DNA from: a virus
Lineage: Duplodnaviria; Caudoviricetes
DNA length: 64,000 nt
Strand: one strand, 5' to 3'
IMG/VR virus record: IMGVR_UViG_3300021442_000250
Span: 1-64,000 of that record
Shown: positions 59,190 to 64,000 of the stretch, in pieces
Layout: every line of letters starts with the position of its first letter
Numbering within the stretch: position 1 is the first letter of the stretch
Notes under the pieces: generated by a model
Seen by the model: the letters and a program-made list of their open reading frames with translations, nothing else
Databases searched by the model: none
What the model was told of the DNA's origin: nothing
Translations under genes and position numbers: made by a program

Positions 59190-59948
59190 ATGGCAGATTT
59201 AGCTACACAAAAACAGGAAATCTTTGACTACGTATACAATATGCTAGGTGGTGGCATGGTAGAAGTAGAGCTAGATCCACCACATTATGAAACAGCTTTA
59301 CAAGATTCTCTTGATAGATTTAGACAAAGATCCGACAATTCAGTAGAAGAAAGCTATATGTTTCTCCCTACTGTAATAGACCAAAACGCATATACTTTAG
59401 GGCAAGAAGTAATAGAAGTTAAAAAGATATACAGACGATCAATTGGTTCTAGAACAGGCGGTGGAGACGGTGGTACATTATTTGAACCATTTAATTTAGC
59501 ATATACAAATACCTACTTACTAGCAAGTACAAATATGGGTGGGTTATCAACTTATAACTTGTTTACACAATATCAAGAACTTGTAGGAAGAATGTTTGGT
59601 AGCTTTATTGAATTTAAATGGAATACTACTACTAAAGAATTAACATTACTACAAAGACCTAGAGCAGAAGAAGAAATTCTATTATATTGCTACAATTATA
59701 GACCAGCTACAGAATTATTAAGAGATTATCTTGCTAAAGAATGGCTTAAAAGATATACTCTAGCATTATGCAAAATGGCGCTAGGACAAGCAAGATCTAA
59801 ATTTACCACAATTGCAGGCCCACAAGGTGGAGCCGCTTTAAATGGTACGGCACTAATCGCAGAAGGACAATCCGAAATAGAAAAACTTGACGAAGAACTT
59901 AAATTACAAGTTGCTGGCGGTCAAGGATATCACTTCACAATTGGTTAA
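59190..59948 (+). CDS. gp13: Neck protein, gp13-like
   Basis: Y....LG..MV.VEL, W.K.Y.LA..K..LG..RSKF..I.GP.GG..LNG..L..E...EI..L. Confidence 0.8.
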   Translation: MADLATQKQEIFDYVYNMLGGGMVEVELDPPHYETALQDSLDRFRQRSDNSVEESYMFLPTVIDQNAYTLGQEVIEVKKIYRRSIGSRTGGGDGGTLFEPFNLAYTNTYLLASTNMGGLSTYNLFTQYQELVGRMFGSFIEFKWNTTTKELTLLQRPRAEEEILLYCYNYRPATELLRDYLAKEWLKRYTLALCKMALGQARSKFTTIAGPQGGAALNGTALIAEGQSEIEKLDEELKLQVAGGQGYHFTIG

Positions 59949-59957
59949 TAAAAACAT

Positions 59958-59986
59958 TTGACATTAGTACTATTATCCGTTATAGT
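59958..59986 (+). promoter_or_regulatory. Sigma70-type promoter
   Basis: TTGACA-17 bp-TATAGT; the ATG at 59993 follows after 6 intervening nt. Confidence 0.75.
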
Positions 59987-59992
59987 ATTAAA

Positions 59993-60586
59993 ATGATCAT
60001 CGGTATTTGTGGATTAATGGGTAGTGGTAAAGATACAATAGCTAACCATCTTATTCAAAAACATCAATTTAAAAAAATTTCATTCGCAGATAAATTAAAA
60101 GAATCTGTTGCTACAATGTTTGATTGGGATAGAACTATGCTTGACGGTCAAACAGATGAAAGTAGACAATGGCGAGAAAAACCAGATGAATATTGGTCTA
60201 AAGAAGTAGGTCAATCTATTACTCCAAGATTTGTATTACAAAAATTTGGTACAGAATGTATGCGTGATAATTTTTATGACGGTATATGGGTTAGTATGAC
60301 TAAAAAGAAAATTTTAGATAATCCTAATACTAACTGGGTTGTTCCTGATGTTAGATTTGAAAATGAAGTTAAAATGATTAAAAGTATTAGTGGTCAAGTA
60401 TGGTGGGTAAAAAGAGGTGAATTACCTACATGGTTTAGAGTTTATCAAGACATAGGTGTTGAACCTAAAGACGTACATCCTAGTGAATGGTCTTGGGCAA
60501 AAGCTAATTTTGATAAAATTTTAGACAATGATTCTACTGTAGATAATCTTAGAAATCAGGTACAAGATCACCTTGTTTCCATTTAA
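59993..60586 (+). CDS. Deoxynucleoside monophosphate kinase, T4 gp1-like
   Basis: IIGICG.MGSGKDT, SFAD.LK, TPR..LQ..GTE..R, DVRF.NE, H.SE. Confidence 0.9.
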   Translation: MIIGICGLMGSGKDTIANHLIQKHQFKKISFADKLKESVATMFDWDRTMLDGQTDESRQWREKPDEYWSKEVGQSITPRFVLQKFGTECMRDNFYDGIWVSMTKKKILDNPNTNWVVPDVRFENEVKMIKSISGQVWWVKRGELPTWFRVYQDIGVEPKDVHPSEWSWAKANFDKILDNDSTVDNLRNQVQDHLVSI

Positions 60587-60890
60587 ATCCATGTTTGTGT
60601 AAAGTTCTTTGACAGTTAGCACATACCGTTTTAAGGTTTTTAAAATTACAATTAGTTAAATGTCCGTCTATATGATAGACGTTAAACTGCTCTGATAGAT
60701 CACTTTTATATCCACATTTATCGCATTTTGCTTTCATACGATATCCTGCATTAAACCATTTAGGCATTCCATGACTTGTTCCGCCATACCTAATACAAGC
60801 CTCACATTTTTTTCTATAAAACGTTATATCCTTTTTATGATAGTTAATTGCACAAGGATTCTTACGACAATGGTTACATAAAGGTCTCAT
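60549..60890 (-). CDS. Zn-finger / HNH-like protein (113 aa)
   Basis: CxxC...CxxC...CxxC and HIDG...N....NL..VCANC; GGTAAATA on the minus strand at 60897-60904. Confidence 0.7.
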   Translation of the reverse strand: MRPLCNHCRKNPCAINYHKKDITFYRKKCEACIRYGGTSHGMPKWFNAGYRMKAKCDKCGYKSDLSEQFNVYHIDGHLTNCNFKNLKTVCANCQRTLHKHGFKWKQGDLVPDF

Positions 60891-60960
60891 ATAACGTATT
60901 TACCTGCCCTTTTCAGACCCTTTTGTAGACTTAATTATAGCTTACATTTCTTTGATATAG

Positions 60961-60968
60961 TATAAATA
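60961..60968 (+). promoter_or_regulatory. T4-type late promoter for the tail sheath
   Basis: Exact TATAAATA; SD CAGGAG before the ATG at 61005. Confidence 0.8.
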
Positions 60969-61004
60969 ACGTTAACAAAGGAATTATAAGCAGGAGATTA
61001 TAAA

Positions 61005-64000
61005 ATGGCATTAGTTTCACCAGGAGTACAAGTAAGCGTAATAGACGAAAGTTTCTATACACCGGCCGAACCAGGCACGGTGCCAATGATATTTGTGGCA
61101 ACAGCACAAGATAAAACATCAAGTTCAGGTACAGGTACAGCACAAGGTACATTAGCCGCAAACAGTGGTACAGTTTATCTTATGACATCACAAAGAGAAT
61201 TAGCTGAAACATTTGGTGATCCAATTTTCAAAAAAGATGCAAATAATAATCCTATACACGCAGGTGAACTTAACGAATACGGTTTACAAGCGGCTTACTC
61301 ATACTTAGGTGTAGCCAATAGAGCATATGTAACAAGAGCGGCAATTAATACAGCTGAACTAGAAGCAAGTGCTACAACGGCAACTGCAAATCCTGAATCA
61401 GGAACTTACTGGATGGATACTGCAACTACAAAATATGGTATATTTACTTGGAATAGTAATGCATCATCTACTACAGGTGGTCAAACATTTACAAACATTA
61501 TTCCAACAGTATTAACTGATACTACACATCTTTCAGGTGGAGCAGGTTCAATTCCTAAAACTTCATTTGGTGCACAAGGTGATTATGTAGTTAATGCTAC
61601 AACTACGTACAATGATTTTTACTTCAAAGACTATGATAATTCTTGGGTTAATATAGGATCAGCGGCTTGGAAAAAAGCCAATGCTACAGTAACAAGTACA
61701 ATAGCAAATCCAACAGTTACAAATAGTAAAACAATGCTTATTAACAATACTCCAGTAACATCAGGTGGTACAGATGTTGCGGCAGTTGTTACGGCAATTA
61801 CTGGTAATGTTACAGGAATTACTGCTAGAGCAGTAGCAGGTAAATTAGAAATTTACAGTGACGGAACAGATGGTTCTTATGCAGATACAGTTGTTATAGC
61901 AAACGGTGGTGGTACTCCAGGATTAGAAATAGAATTAGGAATTACAGCAAGTACTTACAATATGCCTCAATATAAAGATCAAGCTCATACTAGTGTTCCA
62001 GATTTCAAAAATCCAGCAGGTGGAAATGGTGCTTCAACAGGAAGACCAACAGGTTCTATTTGGCTTAAAACAACAACTCCTAATTTAGGAGCTGATGCAG
62101 AAATTAAAAAATTTAATGGTACTACTAAATTATGGGAAGATATAACAGCAACTTTACATTCAAGTGGTAACAATGCTATCTACAATTTAGATAGATCTGG
62201 TGGCGGAAATAGTCTTGCTGTTGGTACAATATATTTAAATCATAATAATGGTACAACAGAATCAGACCTAAGACCATACAGAAGAGCAAATTCAGGTAAC
62301 ACATCAATTACTTCAAGTGTAATTGCAACGCAAGTAACAGGCGGTACATACGCATTTAATATTGCTGAATCAATAGTTGGTCAAGATGCAATGTCATCTG
62401 CGTCTACTATTTCAGTAACAACTACAGCGGCTACAACAGATGCTGATATTATTGCGGCAGGAATTAATGGTGCAGGAATGGTTAACGTTAGTGCAACTGT
62501 TGACAGTTTAAACAGAGTTGTAATTTCACACAATGACGGTGGTGAAATGCATATTACTGATACTGGCGGAGTGTTAGCACTTGCTGGTTTCTCAAGCACA
62601 ACAACTAATATGGAATATGAGCCAGGTACAGATGCGGCAACAAATCCTAAACAATGGAGAGCTTCTAACTGGAAAGTATTAACATATACAGCTTCAGCAA
62701 CGGCTCCTACAGCACTTGCGGCAGATGGTCAACTTTGGTATTCTTCAATAATTGATTCCGTTGATATAATGGAACACACTGGTTCTAAATGGGATGGATA
62801 TTTAACTGTAAATGCAGGAACAGATCCAGCAGGACCACAAGTAAAAGCTACAGCACCTACTACACAATCAGATGACACAGTACTTGTAGCAGGAGATATT
62901 TGGATTGATTCATCAGACTTAGAAAATTATCCTAAAATTAATAAATGGAATACAACTTCTCTTAAATGGGTTGCAGTAGATAACAGCGATCAAACAACAG
63001 AAGATGGAGTAGTATTTGCAGATGCTAGAAGTTCAACTGCAGGTGCAGATACAACAGATGCTACAATTGTTGCTTTATTAACAAGTGATTATGTAGATAC
63101 TGATGCTCCAGATCCAGCATTATATCCAAAAGGAACATTACTAGTCAACTTACGTAGAAGTGGATTTAATGTTAAGAGATTTGCAAGAAATTATGTAGAT
63201 ACTACAGCTAGTAACGTTAGAATGGCTAACGCATCAATGAGTGGTTACTATGCTCACAGATGGGTTACAGAATCAGCTAATAATTCAGATGGTTCTGGTG
63301 CATTTGGACGACACTCACAAAGAAAAGTTGTTGTACAATCACTTCAAGCAATGGTTAATAGCAACCAAGATATTAGAGATGATGAATCTAGAATATTCAA
63401 TTTAGTTGCGGCTCCAGGTTATCCAGAATTAATTGGAGAACTAGTTAGCTTGAATACTGACAGAGGATTATCAGCATTTATAGTTGGTGATGCTCCATTT
63501 AGATTATCTTCAGATTCAACATCATTAAGTAATTGGGCAACAAACATTAACTCAGCAACTGAAGACAACGACAAAGGTCTTGTAACTTCAAATGATTATC
63601 TTGGAGTATTTTATCCATCAGGATTTACAAGCGATAACTTCGGTAAAAATGTAACTGTTCCAGCAAGTCACATGATGCTTAGAACGATTGCTTTAAGCGA
63701 TCAAGTTTCTTTCCCATGGTTTGCTCCAGCAGGAACTAGAAGAGGTACTATTACAAATGCTACTTCAACTGGTTATATTAATAGCGAAGGTGAATTTACT
63801 TCATCAGCATTAAATGAAGGTCAAAGAGATACATTATATTCTAATAATGTTAATCCAATTACTTTCATAACAGGTGCAGGTTTAGTTAACTATGGACAAA
63901 AAACTAGATCAGGTGCAACATCATCTTTAGACAGAATTAATGTTTCAAGATTAGTAATTTACATTAGAAGTCAATTAAACAAATTGGCTAGACCTTTTGT
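61005..64000 (+). CDS. gp18: Tail sheath protein, gp18-like (3'-truncated; not in the ORF track)
   Basis: Hand translation starts MALVSPGVQVSVIDESFY. The window ends in the same frame with PWFAPAGTRRG...LY.NNVNPI..., GQKT...LDRINVSRL. Confidence 0.92.
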   Translation, partial: MALVSPGVQVSVIDESFYTPAEPGTVPMIFVATAQDKTSSSGTGTAQGTLAANSGTVYLMTSQRELAETFGDPIFKKDANNNPIHAGELNEYGLQAAYSYLGVANRAYVTRAAINTAELEASATTATANPESGTYWMDTATTKYGIFTWNSNASSTTGGQTFTNIIPTVLTDTTHLSGGAGSIPKTSFGAQGDYVVNATTTYNDFYFKDYDNSWVNIGSAAWKKANATVTSTIANPTVTNSKTMLINNTPVTSGGTDVAAVVTAITGNVTGITARAVAGKLEIYSDGTDGSYADTVVIANGGGTPGLEIELGITASTYNMPQYKDQAHTSVPDFKNPAGGNGASTGRPTGSIWLKTTTPNLGADAEIKKFNGTTKLWEDITATLHSSGNNAIYNLDRSGGGNSLAVGTIYLNHNNGTTESDLRPYRRANSGNTSITSSVIATQVTGGTYAFNIAESIVGQDAMSSASTISVTTTAATTDADIIAAGINGAGMVNVSATVDSLNRVVISHNDGGEMHITDTGGVLALAGFSSTTTNMEYEPGTDAATNPKQWRASNWKVLTYTASATAPTALAADGQLWYSSIIDSVDIMEHTGSKWDGYLTVNAGTDPAGPQVKATAPTTQSDDTVLVAGDIWIDSSDLENYPKINKWNTTSLKWVAVDNSDQTTEDGVVFADARSSTAGADTTDATIVALLTSDYVDTDAPDPALYPKGTLLVNLRRSGFNVKRFARNYVDTTASNVRMANASMSGYYAHRWVTESANNSDGSGAFGRHSQRKVVVQSLQAMVNSNQDIRDDESRIFNLVAAPGYPELIGELVSLNTDRGLSAFIVGDAPFRLSSDSTSLSNWATNINSATEDNDKGLVTSNDYLGVFYPSGFTSDNFGKNVTVPASHMMLRTIALSDQVSFPWFAPAGTRRGTITNATSTGYINSEGEFTSSALNEGQRDTLYSNNVNPITFITGAGLVNYGQKTRSGATSSLDRINVSRLVIYIRSQLNKLARPF

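Noticed and set aside
60549-60890. Mobile homing endonuclease
   Set aside because: Short (113 aa), not interrupting a gene and with its own late motif; more consistent with a resident Zn-finger/HNH-like gene.
116-62599. Many short antisense or alternate-frame ORFs in the track (e.g. 3851..4417, 6107..6493, 12666..13091, 44617..45108, 61985..62173, 62381..62599)
   Set aside because: They lie fully inside well-supported genes, have shadow-ORF composition, and lack SDs or motifs.
1-64000. tRNA, rRNA, integrase, transposase, introns or stop-codon recoding
   Set aside because: None recognised; intergenic gaps are short and core genes are intact under the standard code.

Overview
AT-rich segment of a large T4-like (myovirus, probably jumbo, likely marine) phage genome covering virion morphogenesis. 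It starts with the end of a tape-measure-like gene, followed by the head module (portal gp20, acidic core protein, protease gp21, scaffold gp22, capsid gp23) and a small accessory island (membrane protein, lipoprotein, a shortened porphobilinogen synthase HemB). About 43 kb of modular tail-fibre/baseplate genes follow, then neck/tail genes (gp13, gp14, gp15), a dNMP kinase and the start of a very large tail sheath gp18. The main candidate for an undescribed system is a late-expressed virion-modification system. It comprises three paralogous proteins with ~30 Cys each, next to two GT9/heptosyltransferase-like genes flanking a NodU/CmcH carbamoyltransferase. It also includes an ADP-heptose pathway (hldE, hldD, cupin, 2OG oxygenase, Nudix) in the same operon as the neck genes, and a Maf/CstII-like transferase inside the head operon. 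Other signals are phycobiliprotein-like KCxRD helical motifs in the giant fibres, a ~100-aa His/Cys module inserted 7 times (once inside itself), a catalytically dead esterase in a fibre, and structured 5' leaders. All calls come from motif recognition by eye; no database searches were run.
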